Assembly: GCF_001194135.2 (NCBI RefSeq)
Contig: NC_069005.1
Coordinates: forward strand, 29,724,492-29,769,444
Length of the DNA: 44,953 nt
Direction of reading: 5' to 3'
DNA from: Octopus bimaculoides
Lineage: Eukaryota
The notes below the pieces were generated by a model. It saw only the letters and a list, made by a program, of their open reading frames with translations, was not told the DNA's origin and searched no databases. This document shows, in pieces, positions 23,335 to 35,250 of this stretch (positions are counted from its first letter, which is position 1; each line of letters starts with the position of its first letter). The position numbers and the translations under genes were made by a program.

Positions 23335-23524
23335 TAATCTATGAGCTAATGAAGGAGCCACAATATGGTCGCTCAACCTGCTAAAACAAAGCAGTGAAAT
23401 ATCCTTTGTTCTTTCTGCAAATATATTTGTAATGAAATATACCACCTGGGTATTTCGGTTAATTTCTCAAGTAATCAAGAAATTAAAAGGTTTCAGTAAA
23501 ACAAACTGAGTTGGTATGTAACAA

Positions 23525-23920
23525 CATATAAGTTGGTTTTTGGGACATATCATAAGTTGGTGTTTTAGACATATGATAAATTGGTGTTTTAGACATATCA
23601 TAAATTGGTGTTTAGACCATACATATAAGTTGGTATTTAGAACATATCATGAGTTGGTGTTTTGGATATATCACAAGTTGGTTTTTGAGACGCATCATAA
23701 GTTGGTTTTTGGAACATATAAGAAGTTGGTTTTTGGAACATATCATAAGTTGGTTTTTGGGACATATCATAAGTTGGTTTTTGGGACATATCATAAGTTG
23801 GTTTTTGGAACATATATCATAAGTTGGTTTTTGGAACATATCATAAGTTGGTTTTTGGAACATATATCATAAGTTGTTTTTTGGGACATATCATAAGTTG
23901 GTGTTTTAGACATATCATAC
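23525..23920. repeat. 24-bp minisatellite, about 16 copies
   Basis: Consensus catatcataagttggtttttggaa; variants end in ggga or gttttaga; two units have an extra ta (26 bp). Confidence 0.95.
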
Positions 23921-24350
23921 GCTCATACAACACCATCAACAAGTTGGGAAGCAGGCCAGGCAACTAACCAATGACTGCTCCCTACCAGCAACTTGCAGCT
24001 TATCCTGCTCCCCGTCCCCACCCCCACCGCAACCGCCCAACCAATCTCTCCTACTACACCACTGCATTATCGCTGTATCACCACCACCACCACCACCACC
24101 ATCACGATCATTACTACTACTATCTTCACGTCATTAACCTGCAGCCATGTTGGCACCAATGCAGCATTTGCTTGTGTTATGCATGTGTGTGTGTGAGAGA
24201 GAGAGAGAGGGGGAGGGAAGGAACAGATAGCTAGAGATATTGTTAAATCGAGAGAAAAGAAATTTGACATCAATCAGATTAATGAAGGGAGAACCATTAT
24301 GTACTTGAAAGGCTGGAAGGACAGATGGTCCACCACAAAGATAAGTCCCA

Positions 24351-24395
<45 letters not shown>

Positions 24396-25470
24396 TCTTT
24401 TACTCTTTTATTCTTTTACTTGTCTCAGTCATTTGACTGCGGCCATGCTGTAGCACTGCCCTAAGGCAATGTATGAGCATTCAGCTTTTTGCCGAAACAA
24501 TGTACACAAATGATTTGTTTCTAGTGATCAAATGTTCGTGCCACATACTACCTGAACAGGTGCACAATGTACCATGCATCAGGTGTTGACGTGATCGCAG
24601 AGCAACACGAGATGAAATGTTTTGCTCAAGAACACAACACACCACCCAGCATCCAAGTGGGTCAAATGCTCTCACCCATCAATTCCAGCCAAATTTCAGT
24701 GAGAATGAGTTTTCAACACTGCATCGTAGGATAAATATTCTTTATTTGTGTGTTAACTAGACCGCCATTGGTTTCATGCTGAGAAAGATATCTCTCAACA
24801 ATTATTCAAGTCTGTCACATGGGATAGTGGTGTTTGTCTCTAACTTGGGTAAAAACACAATAAATCATGTGAGATTTACATATGTATACACACACATATA
24901 TAGACATATTTGTATATGCAATTATATATAATGACACACACAAGTAATGTATGTGTATTATGTACATAATGTGTATGCATGTGGACGTACATAAAAAGAA
25001 TCAAAATACTTCAATTACTTGAGACTACAGTGTAATGACTATTCACATAAGAAAGAAAGAAATTTCATAATTTCGTAATGAAAAAAATATTACAACTCAT
25101 GTTGAAAGAGCTATTAAATTTTCTTTTACATCACACTCAACCTCTCTCTCTCTCTCTCTCTCTCTGCTGATGATGGAAGAGCCTTTGGGCAGATCCAGGA
25201 ATTAGCTAATACAGGAATATCTATTTTATTTATAATTTCCGTTGGCTTATTGCATTGAATTCAGCACATGTGAGATGATTTATCGTCTATTCCTCAGTAT
25301 ATAGGATACAAAATTTCTTTTCTAAGCCTTCATTATAAATATATATATATATATACATAATTATTTATATATATATATATATATATATCTGTTTCTTTCT
25401 TCTTCATTCTCTTTCACTCACAATTCTCTCCATTGTAATAAATTGTATGCTATCACTATCTCTGTCTTAT

Positions 25471-25508
<38 letters not shown>

Positions 25509-26639
25509 TTACTTTACCTTCACCCCTCTCTCTTTCTGCCCCTCTCCCTCTGCCCTACCTCTCTCTGTATCTGTCTCTTCCTCATTCTTTTTTTTCACTC
25601 TCTATTTCACTCACAATTCACACACACATAAACATACACACACACACACACAGTTACTTTCCCTTCTCCACTCTTTCTATCTCTCTCTCTCTCTCTCTGC
25701 TTTCTCTATCTCTTTACCTCTTTCTCATTCTCTCTCTCTTTTACTCTTTCACTCGCAATTCACACACACACTGCCACTCTCCCTCCTCCTCTTTCCCATT
25801 CAAATTCCTTCCCTCTTTTTAATTTACTGCTCTCTGCTTTTCATTCATTCATTCACTCTCTTTTCTTCACACACACATACAAAATGCTTACACAAACATA
25901 TAACTACCCATATACAAACAAACACACAAATACGCATACATACACAAACATACATGCACACACACACACACATACTTATACACTCACACACACATACACA
26001 CATGCATTCAAATTCATAAAAATGTAAACACCTACAATTGTACACATACACAAAACACACATACATATAAACACATATACACATCTATGCAAACACACAC
26101 ACACACAGAGATACAAACACACAATTACACAATCACACACACAAATATACAAATACACAAACACTCTTATACATATAATTTATAGGATTTTTTGCTGTTT
26201 TCTCTATTTTATACAGGTTTTTTTTTTCTTTGAATTATGAAAAATTTCTTAATTTTATTTCCATAAACATCCTATGGGGCCAGTGGTGGTGGTGGTGGTG
26301 GGGGAGTCAGAATTGCATACCAAGTCAAGTCAGTGTCAAGAAATGTCAGAATTAGGTAATTTGGTAACTAACCTTTGACCTTTGTCACACATATTTGCCA
26401 AATTTGTCAAGTAAAATGGCACACGAAAAAACAAAAGATGTATAAAAATTTTTAAAAATTAAAAAAACAATGGATGGTAGTAAGAAATAGGTTCCACTGT
26501 AATATTATGGTGAGGTATTTGGAGTAAACAACAAGAGAGAGGCTGAAAGAGATGGAGAGAGAGAAAGAGTGAGAAAGAAAGAGTGAGATATACAGACATT
26601 GGGAGAGGCACAGAAAGACAAAGTGTTAGAGAAAGAAAA

Positions 26640-27000
26640 AGACAAAGAGAGAGAGAGAGAGAGAGAGAGAGGGTGACAGAGGTGCAGAGAGATACACATA
26701 TACAGAGAAAGAGAGAGAGAGAGAGACTGACAGACAGACAAACAAATGGACAGATAGAGAGAGAGATGGAGAGACAGGCACTGAGAGAGAGAGAGAGACA
26801 GACAGATAGATATACATAATGTGATGCAGAGAGAAACACACATACATAGAGAGAGGGGGGAACAGGGACAGAGAGAGACAGATAGACAAAAAGAGGCAGA
26901 CAGACTGACTGACAAATGGACAGATAGAGAGAGATGGAGAGACAGGCACTGAGAGAGAGAGACAGGCAGACAGGCAGAGAGACTGACACAGACAGATACG
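26640..27000. repeat. (GA)/(GACA)-rich region with a ~75-bp internal duplication
   Basis: acaaatggacagatagagagaga(ga)tggagagacaggcactgagagagagagac occurs near 26742 and 26912. Confidence 0.8.
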
Positions 27001-27038
27001 TAGATAGGTAAAGAGACACACACACGCATATATACGTA

Positions 27039-27172
27039 GGCACAGGTATGGCTGTGTGGTAAGAAGCTTGTTTCCCAACCACATTGTTTCAGGTTCAGTC
27101 CTAAGGCGTGGCACCTTGGGCAAGTGTCTTCTACTATTGCCCCAGGCCAACCAAAGCCTTGTGAGTGGATTA
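27039..27172 (+). mobile_element. SINE family A, 5' module
   Basis: A box tggctgtgtggtaag, B box ggttcagtcc, caccttgggcaagtgtcttctacta. Confidence 0.85.
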
Positions 27173-27280
27173 GATAGGCTAAAGTTACCATCGTGTATGT
27201 ATATGTGTGCATAAGGGCTTCTGCCTCCTAACAGAGAGGAGGGAATATATATATGTGTGTGTGTGTGTGTATGATGAGAT

Positions 27281-27438
27281 CCTTTCAGTTTCTATCTGCC
27301 CAATTCACTCACAAAGGATTGGGCATTTTGCAAGACTATAGTAGAAGACCATTTCCCCGAGGTACCATGCAGTAGGATTGAACCTGAAACCATGTGGTCG
27401 TAAAGCAGGTTTCTTAACCACACAGCCATGTCTGCACC
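27281..27438 (-). mobile_element. SINE family A, 5' module, inverted relative to 27039-27172
   Basis: Reverse complement ggtgcagacatggctgtgtggttaag...ggttcaatcc...gtgagtgaattggg. Confidence 0.8.
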
Positions 27439-28139
27439 TATAAATTTATTTTTAAAAAAAAAACATCTTTTTCTTGATAAAACAAGTTGAGATTATGTTN
27501 NNNNNNNNNNNNNNNNNNNNNNNNNNNNNNNNNNNNNNNNNNNNNNNNNNNNNNNNNNNNNNNNNNNNNNNNNNNNNNNNNNNNNNNNNNNNNNNNNNNN
27601 NNNNNNNNNNNNNNNNNNNNNNNNNNNNNNNNNNNNNNNNNNNNNNNNNNNNNNNNNNNNNNNNNNNNNNNNNNNNNNNNNNNNNNNNNNNNNNNNNNNN
27701 NNNNNNNNNNNNNNNNNNNNNNNNNNNNNNNNNNNNNNNNNNNNNNNNNNNNNNNNNNNNNNNNNNNNNNNNNNNNNNNNNNNNNNNNNNNNNNNNNNNN
27801 NNNNNNNNNNNNCCACTACCAACACTATCATCACCACCACCACCACCACCACCGTCACCACCACCAATACCACAGCCAGCACTACCACCATCACCACCAC
27901 TACAACTACCAATACCACCACAACCAACACCACCACCACCACCACCACCACCACCATCACCATTACCACAAACACTATCAATACTATCACCACCATCATC
28001 ATCACCACCGCTACCGACAACAACAGCACTATCAACACCACCACTATCACCAATACCATTATCACTATCATCATCACTATGGCAACCATCACCCCCACCC
28101 CACCCTGCTATTATCACCACCACTAACACCATCACTGTT

Positions 28140-28170
<31 letters not shown>

Positions 28171-28239
28171 ATGCATGCAATACAACCAACCAGCACCACC
28201 ACCACCACCACTACTACCACCATCACCACAGCTATATAT

Positions 28240-28640
28240 GTGCAGGCGTGGCTGTGTGGTAAGAAGCTTGCTTCCCAACCACATATGGTTCCAGGTTCAG
28301 TCCTACTGCGTGGCACCTTGGACAAGTGTCTTCTACTATAACCTTAGGTCAACCAAAGCCTTGCAAATGGACTTAGTAGATGGAAACTGAAAGAAGCCCG
28401 TTGCATATGTATCTGTGTGTGTGTGTGGGGAGGGTTTATTCCCCCACTGCCACTTGACAATTGGTGTTGGTCTGTTTATGTCCCTGTAACTTAATGGTTG
28501 GGCAAAAGAGACCAATACTTGGAGTAAAAGCCTTACACACAAAAAAATAAGAACTGGGGTCAACTCATTCAAGTAAAAATCCTTCAAGGTGGTGCCCCAG
28601 CATGGCCTTAGCCTAATGACTGACAGAAGTAAAAAATAAA
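28240..28640 (+). mobile_element. SINE family A composite (5' module, (GT)n, 3' module)
   Basis: Both modules in order. Same architecture at 32130-32469(+), 33500-33872(-), 36366-36765(+), 41116-41485(+). Confidence 0.85.
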
Positions 28641-29151
28641 AGGTAACTCTCACCACCACCACCACCACCACCACCGTCTTTACCATCACCATTACCACCA
28701 CTACTACAACCTTACACTGATCACCACCAACACTACCACCACTATTATGACAACCACCATGACCACACTTAACAATATCATCTTCGCCACTGCCATCACC
28801 ACCACTGCCACTACCATCTTCACCACCACCACTACCACCTCCGGCACTGCCGCCACTACTATCTTTGCAATCACCACCACCACCGCCATCTTGTTTTAAT
28901 AAAATTATGTAATAAGACTTGAAGGAGCAATTTTCAACTTGCATGCATTGTGTGGGTGTTTGTGTATGTATGAATGTATGTGTGGGTGTGTGTGAAAGAG
29001 AGAGAGAGAGTGTGTGTGTGTGTGTGTGAATGTGTATGTGTGTGTGAGTGCGTTTAAGTGTAGATATTGATGTGTGTGTGTGTGTGTGTGTAAAGATGTA
29101 CAGGCATGTATGTAGATGTATGTGTGTATGGGTGTACATGTGTATATGGAA

Positions 29152-29186
<35 letters not shown>

Positions 29187-29377
29187 CAGATGTAGATGTG
29201 TATGTGTGTGTATAACAATAGATATGTGCATATGAGCAGATGTGTGTAAGTTTGCAGATATAGATGTGTGTATACATATATGCATGTGTGTGTGTGCATA
29301 TATATATACATATATGCAAGTGTGTGTGTCTGTGTGTACATATAACCAAATGTGTGTGGGTGTAAATATATGCATGT

Positions 29378-29426
<49 letters not shown>

Positions 29427-29536
29427 AGTGTGTATAAATATGTGAAAGTGTTGTTGTGTGCGTGTATAAATATATGAAAGTGTATGTGTATATACATATA
29501 AGCAAATGTGTGTATGGGAAGATGTAAATATATGCA

Positions 29537-29575
<39 letters not shown>

Positions 29576-29699
29576 TTTGTGTGTGGTGAGAGGAGGAGAG
29601 TGAAGTAGGAGGGGGGTATACATGAAACAGAACACAAGTCTATAATTTATTTTGTTCCAAACAACAGACAATAGCAAATAAAATGGTAAATATAGCCAG

Positions 29700-29948
29700 A
29701 CGTTGAGAGAGGGGAATATAAAATATTGGTTTCAAACTTTGACACAAGGCCAGCAAGGGAGGGGGGCGAGGGAGTAAATCAATTATATCAAATTTCCCCA
29801 GTATGCAACTGGTACTTAATTTTCCGACCCCTAAAAGGATGAAAGGCAAAGCTGACCTTGGCAGAATTTGAACTCAGAACATGAAGACAGACGAAATGCC
29901 GCTAAGCATTATTCCCATCGACGCCTTAATAATAATAATAATAACAAC

Positions 29949-29986
<38 letters not shown>

Positions 29987-30397
29987 TAATAATAATAATG
30001 ATAATAATAATAATCCTTTCTACAATAGGCACAAGGTCTGGCGTTTTTGGGGAGGGGACCAATTGATTACATTGACCCCAGTGTGTAACTGGTACTTAAT
30101 TTATCGACCCTGAAAGGATAAAAGACAAAGTTGACTTCAGCGGAATTTGAACTCAGAACGGAGTGACAGGCGAAATGACGCTAAGCATTTCCTCCAGCGT
30201 GCTAACGATTCTGCCAGCTCACCGCCTTATATAATGATGATGATGATGATAATAATAATAATAATAATTATTATTATTATTTTTACTATAGGCACAAGCC
30301 CAGAAATTTTGGGGCAGGGGGCTAGGTCAATTAGCTCGACCCCAGTACACAACTGGTACTTAATTTGTCGACCCCGCCCCAAAGGATGAAAGGCAAA
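29700..30397 (-). mobile_element. Three tandem family-B SINEs separated by (AAT)n tracts
   Basis: Copies at about 29700-29927, 30012-30228 and 30280-30397 (head truncated), all on the minus strand. Confidence 0.85.
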
Positions 30398-30750
30398 GGA
30401 TGGAATAGAAAGAGACAACAAGAAAAACTGAATAGCTACAATGATTTGAAGTTGGAAATACGAAGGTTGTCGTCAATGAAGAGAGTAGCTGTGATGCCAA
30501 TAGTAATTGGCGTACTTGGAAGTATTAGCACTCAACTACCAACATGACTCAAAGAGATTGATACAAATGTAAAGATAGAACACCTACAAAATTCAGCATT
30601 GCTTGGAACTGCAAGAATTCTTCGCAGCGTGACCAGTAAACAAATGTCACCTTAGTCTGCTGGCTGTGGACAGCTGACACTTTCCATCATACCCAGCAAA
30701 ATTAGCTGTGAATTTTCATCAAATAATAATAATAATAAACAATAATAATT
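30398..30750 (+). mobile_element. REL-endonuclease non-LTR retrotransposon 3' end (R4/Dong/NeSL-type)
   Basis: QEKLNSYNDLKLEIRRLSSMKRVAVMPIVIGVLGSISTQLPT*LKEIDTNVKIEHLQNSALLGTARILRSV fits the KxxKYxDL...PxVxGxxG...LQxxALLGTARIL C-terminus of restriction-like endonuclease ORFs. Short 3' UTR, then (AAT)n tail at 30722-30750. Confidence 0.8.
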
Positions 30751-30882
30751 AAGAGGAATTCTTTGGGGTTTGAATAATTCACCTGGTGTACCCTTATCAG
30801 ATGGGTAGTCATGGTGGGTATACTGAGCTTCATATATTTGTACCACCGTGTCACTTTGATGGCATGCACTGCTCTCTCACTC

Positions 30883-30915
<33 letters not shown>
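30751..30915 (+). mobile_element. Second (AAT)n-tailed retroelement 3' end (putative)
   Basis: About 130-bp non-microsatellite body ending gatggcatgcactgctctctcactc, bounded on both sides by (AAT)n. Confidence 0.5.
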
Positions 30916-30917
<2 letters not shown>

Positions 30918-31085
30918 TATAATGGCACACCAAGCAAAATGCTTAGCGGTATTTCGTCTGTCTTTTCGTTCTGAGTTCAAATTTCGCCGAGGTCGACTTT
31001 GCCTTTCATCCTTTCAGGGTTGATAAATTACGTACCAGTTGCATACTGCGGGTCGATCTAATTTCGGGCCTTGTGCCTAGAAAAG
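30918..31085 (+). mobile_element. SINE family B, 5'-degraded
   Basis: aaaatgcttagcggtatttcgtc...gagttcaaatttcgccgaggtcgactttgcctttcatcctttcagggttgataaatt...cgggccttgtgcctag. Confidence 0.85.
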
Positions 31086-32097
31086 AATGTATTGTGCCAC
31101 ATAGCAGAAATTCTCCTGGAAGCTAAAGTGAAAGAAAGAATTTGGCACCTGCCCCACTAACAGAGCAAAAGTTGTCAACAACTTTGTTCTTTTCTTTTAT
31201 CTTTTACTTGTTTCAGTCATACTGACTGTGGCCATGCTGGGGCACCACCTTGAAGGCATTTTTGCAGTCAAACAAATTGACCTCAGGATTTTTTTTTTTA
31301 AGCCTAGTACTTATTCTATTGGGCTTTTCTGCTGAACCACTAAGTTATGGGGGATGTAAACACACCAACACTGGTTGTCAAGCTGTGATGGGGGGGGGGG
31401 CAGACACAGACACAAAGACACACACACACACACACATAGATAGATATATATATGCAAAGACTGTATACATGTCAGCAGGTGACTTAAGAGTGAGACAAGA
31501 GCTTATGGGTTGGTCTCTAGCATGAGGAAAGTTCAGTGAGATTGTCTTGTTTCATCTGTCTGCTGTAACCACATCTCTGAGGAATTGATACAGCGGTCAG
31601 TGAATGATCTCAGTCTATACATCACATCAGCTGCCGGTAGCTAAGTAACCTTTGTTATACTGGTGACTTTATGCAGATTATTATCATCCCAGCTGAGCTC
31701 CAGAGACTGACTAGCAGAATTAGACAACTCTCTTGAGACTTTCAAACTAGAGATAAACACACACACACACACACACATGCATGCACAGAGCAAAAACAAA
31801 AAGAAAACTACAAGATTATGAAAGCCACCAGGGAACCAGATTAGCTTACCATGTACAAAGCCAAGATATCAAACTGACCTAGGGTCACAAGTTTTCAATT
31901 ATCTGGGCTTTGTTGTCAAGCAAACAGCAGACTGAGCCAGCCCTCATGCTACAAGATTAACCCTGAGGTCAGCAAGGGAGACAGAACAATTACCAGGCTT
32001 AAAAATAATTACTGGGGTTGATTTGTTCGGCTAAAATTCTTCAAGGCAGTGCCCCAGCATGGCTGCATTCTAATGACTGGAGCAAGTAAAAAACCGA

Positions 32098-32131
<34 letters not shown>

Positions 32132-33994
32132 TGCAGGAGTGGCTGTGTGGTAAGTAGCTTGCTTACTAACCACATAGTTCCGGGTTCAATCCCACTGTGT
32201 GACATCTTGGGCAAGTGTCTTCTACTATAGCCTTGGGCCAACCAAAGCCTTGTGAGTGGATTTTGTAGACGGAAACTAAAAGAAGCCCGTCGTATATATG
32301 TATATATATGTGTGTTTGTGTGTGTTTGTCCCCCTAGCATTGCTTGACAACCAATGCTGGTGTGTTTATGTCCCCGTCATTTAGCGGTTCGGCAAAAAAA
32401 GACCGATAGAATAAGTACTAGGCTTACAAAGAATAAGTCCTGGGGTTGATTTGCTAGTCTAAAGGCAGTNNNNNNNNNNNNNNNNNNNNNNNNNNNNNNN
32501 NNNNNNNNNNNNNNNNNNNNNNNNNNNNNNNNNNNNNNNNNNNNNNNNNNNNNNNNNNNNNNNNNNNNNNNNNNNNNNNNNNNNNNNNNNNNNNNNNNNN
32601 NNNNNNNNNNNNNNNNNNNNNNNNNNNNNNNNNNNNNNNNNNNNNNNNNNNNNNNNNNNNNNNNNNNNNNNNNNNNNNNNNNNNNNNNNNNNNNNNNNNN
32701 NNNNNNNNNNNNNNNNNNNNNNNNNNNNNNNNNNNNNNNNNNNNNNNNNNNNNNNNNNNNNNNNNNNNNNNNNNNNNNNNNNNNNNNNNNNNNNNNNNNN
32801 NNNNNNNNNNNNNNNNNNNNNNNNNNNNNNNNNNNNNNNNNNNNNNNNNNNNNNNNNNNNNNNNNNNNNNNNNNNNNNNNNNNNNNNNNNNNNNNNNNNN
32901 NNNNNNNNNNNNNNNNNNNNNNNNNNNNNNNNNNNNNNNNNNNNNNNNNNNNNNNNNNNNNNNNNNNNNNNNNNNNNNNNNNNNNNNNNNNNNNNNNNNN
33001 NNNNNNNNNNNNNNNNNNNNNNNNNNNNNNNNNNNNNNNNNTTTTTTTTTTTTTTTTTTGCAAGTAGAAAGTTCAAATATTATTTTTTCATCAATAAATT
33101 ACTGAAATTTAGCGAATTAGCAAAATTAAAAACAGAAAATTACTCCTTTCATTGTTTTTTCTCCAAAATTCTGCTCTTTTAAAAACCAATTATTCGGATA
33201 TAAAACGTGACCCAGCGCTGTGTTGTATGTCATATGCTATGAAAACTACAGGTTATATGGAAACAAAACAGAAATAATTATATCGGTACACATCGTTACA
33301 TAGCAACACTATTTCTTTCAGATATTGGTTGCTATAATTATAGCTAGTAATACAAAATATATTCAACCACCAATAACATGTCTAGATATAACAGAGTAGT
33401 CCATAATATAAATGCTAATCGCATATTCTAATAGCAGCAGAAAATATGGCGAAATACTGACCAACAATGTAGCTATAATAGTTAGTGCCTTTTACCATTT
33501 TAATTTTTATCTGTTTCAGGCATTAGACTATGGCCATGTTGGAGCACCACCTTGAAGAATTTTTAGTCGAATGAATCAACCCTGGAGCTTATTATTTTTT
33601 GGTAAAGCCTGGTATTTATTCTATTGGTCTCTTTTGCCGAAGTGTTAAGTTACAAGGCCAACAGGTGTCAAGCGGTTGTGGAGGGCAAACACATACACAA
33701 AGACACACACACACATAGTGGGCTTCTATCAGTTTCCATCTACCAGATCTACTCACAAGGCTTCGGTTAGCCCGAGGCTATAGTTGAAGAAGACGCTTAT
33801 CCAAGGGGCTACACAGTAGGACTGAAACCAGAACCATGTGGTTCGGAAGCAAGCTTCTTACCACACAGCCACTAGCCACATATACTGATAAAATATTGTG
33901 TACTACAAATTATATTCAAATACTAGCCACATGTAGTACTTCACAGAATATAAATCCAGCTACTCACAACATGTGTGTATATAACAGTTAGTAG

Positions 33995-34138
33995 TACTAC
34001 CATAGCTAGAGTGGAGCTGAGGGGGCAGTCTGCCCAGATGGCACTTTTATGTGGGTAGCACCACTTTTGGGTCTGCCGTAGGCAATATGTATTTTTTGTG
34101 GGAGCCAGCGGGCAGCACACATTCTAGCTACGTGAGTG
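33995..34138. mobile_element. hAT MITE, 144 bp, with perfect 8-bp TSD
   Basis: TIRs tactaccatagctag / ctagctacgtgagtg; TSD gttagtag at 33987-33994 and 34139-34146. Body homologous (opposite orientation) to 22278-22656. Confidence 0.85.
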
Positions 34139-34172
34139 GTTAGTAGTACAAAATATGATGAAATACTCATCA

Positions 34173-34574
34173 TTGCTTGCCAACCACATGATTCTGGGTT
34201 CAGTCCTATTGCATGGCACCTGGGCCAAGTGTCTTCTACAATAAGCCTTGTGAGTGGATTTGGTAGATGGAAACTGAAAGAAGCTCATTGTGTGTGTGTG
34301 TTTGTCTATCCTCCACCATTAGACTGGAACTTGGTGCAGTGCACCAGCTTACCAGTTCCAGTCAAACCGTCTAACCCATGCTAGCATGGAATGCAAACAT
34401 TAAATGATGAAGATGGACTTCTTTCAGTTTCCATCAACCAAATCCACTCACAAAGCTTCAGTTGTCTAAGGAATAGATGCCCAAGATGCCATGCAATGGG
34501 ATAGAACCCTAAACCATGCAGTTGGGAAGCAAACTTCTTACCAAAACTTCTTACCACAGAGCCAGGTGTGCACC
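34173..34574. mobile_element. Two family-A SINE 5' modules in inverted orientation (34173-34290 +, 34415-34574 -)
   Basis: Shared caaccacatg.ttc.gggttc...gcatggca.ct.ggc...tgtgagtggatttggt.gatggaaactgaaagaag on opposite strands. Confidence 0.75.
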
Positions 34575-34689
34575 TATACAGAGAGACTGTTTCCCTTTGC
34601 TCTCATTTGTTAAGTTTTGGGTTAATATTTGATAAAATATTACTTCTGATTGTCCAACAGAATGAAACTGACAAGTTTACATCAAACAC

Positions 34690-35250
34690 AGCTCTGTATC
34701 ATCACTCAAGCATCAAATTGATCACATATAAGGCAGAGTTCAGCTCAATAGTAGTCAAAAGATTGTTATATAAGCATGACAGAAGGTCAATTTAAGAAAA
34801 GATTCTATAAACAGTTATTATCATTTTGAATACTCAGACAACCAAATATCCATGACATTGAAAAGTCATATATGGCCCTGACAGGCTTACATCAAACATG
34901 GCCCTATTTCATCACAAAAATATCACGGTCATATATAAGGTAGAGTTCAGCTCAACAGTGGTGAAAAAATATCATATAGGCATGATAAAAGGTCAGTTTA
35001 AGCAAAGATTCTATCAACAGTTATTATTATTTGAATACTCATACAACCATACATCCATGACATTGAGAAACTACATATGGTCCTTGACAGATAGAAAGAT
35101 TGACCAGGACATTGAATGGAATATGATCAAGAAACCAAAGACCCAAATAAATATAAGCGCAAATTCTGTGAAGATAGAATCCACAAAAACCTTTCGCCTC
35201 TATCCTTTGTATCGAAGTGTAAAACATTCTACAGTTTATCTTCATTGATA
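34690..35250 (+). mobile_element. Penelope-like element, GIY-YIG endonuclease remnant with internal tandem duplication
   Basis: VIYKVEFSSTVVKKYHIGMIKGQFKQRFYQQ...TSMTLRNYIWSLTDRKIDQDIEWNMIKK fits the PLE pattern IYK...YIG..T..FK.R...T.LS.YIW.LK...I.W.II; SKC at the frameshifted C-terminus. Confidence 0.7.

Noticed and set aside
23248-23445. Poly-Lys ORF with a GTGAGT donor
   Set aside because: It comes from a poly-T run, with no acceptor upstream on the minus strand.
23525-23920. CRISPR-like array (repeats containing GTTTTAGA)
   Set aside because: Units abut with no unique spacers, there are no cas genes, and the context is eukaryotic.
25164-25205. CTGATGA followed by a TGGA/TCCA stem as a hammerhead
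   Set aside because: It is followed by GGAA rather than GAAA, with no usable stem I or III.
31850-31950. Minus-strand exon ending ATG|GTAAGC
   Set aside because: Stops in all frames from the nearest acceptor, which is weak.
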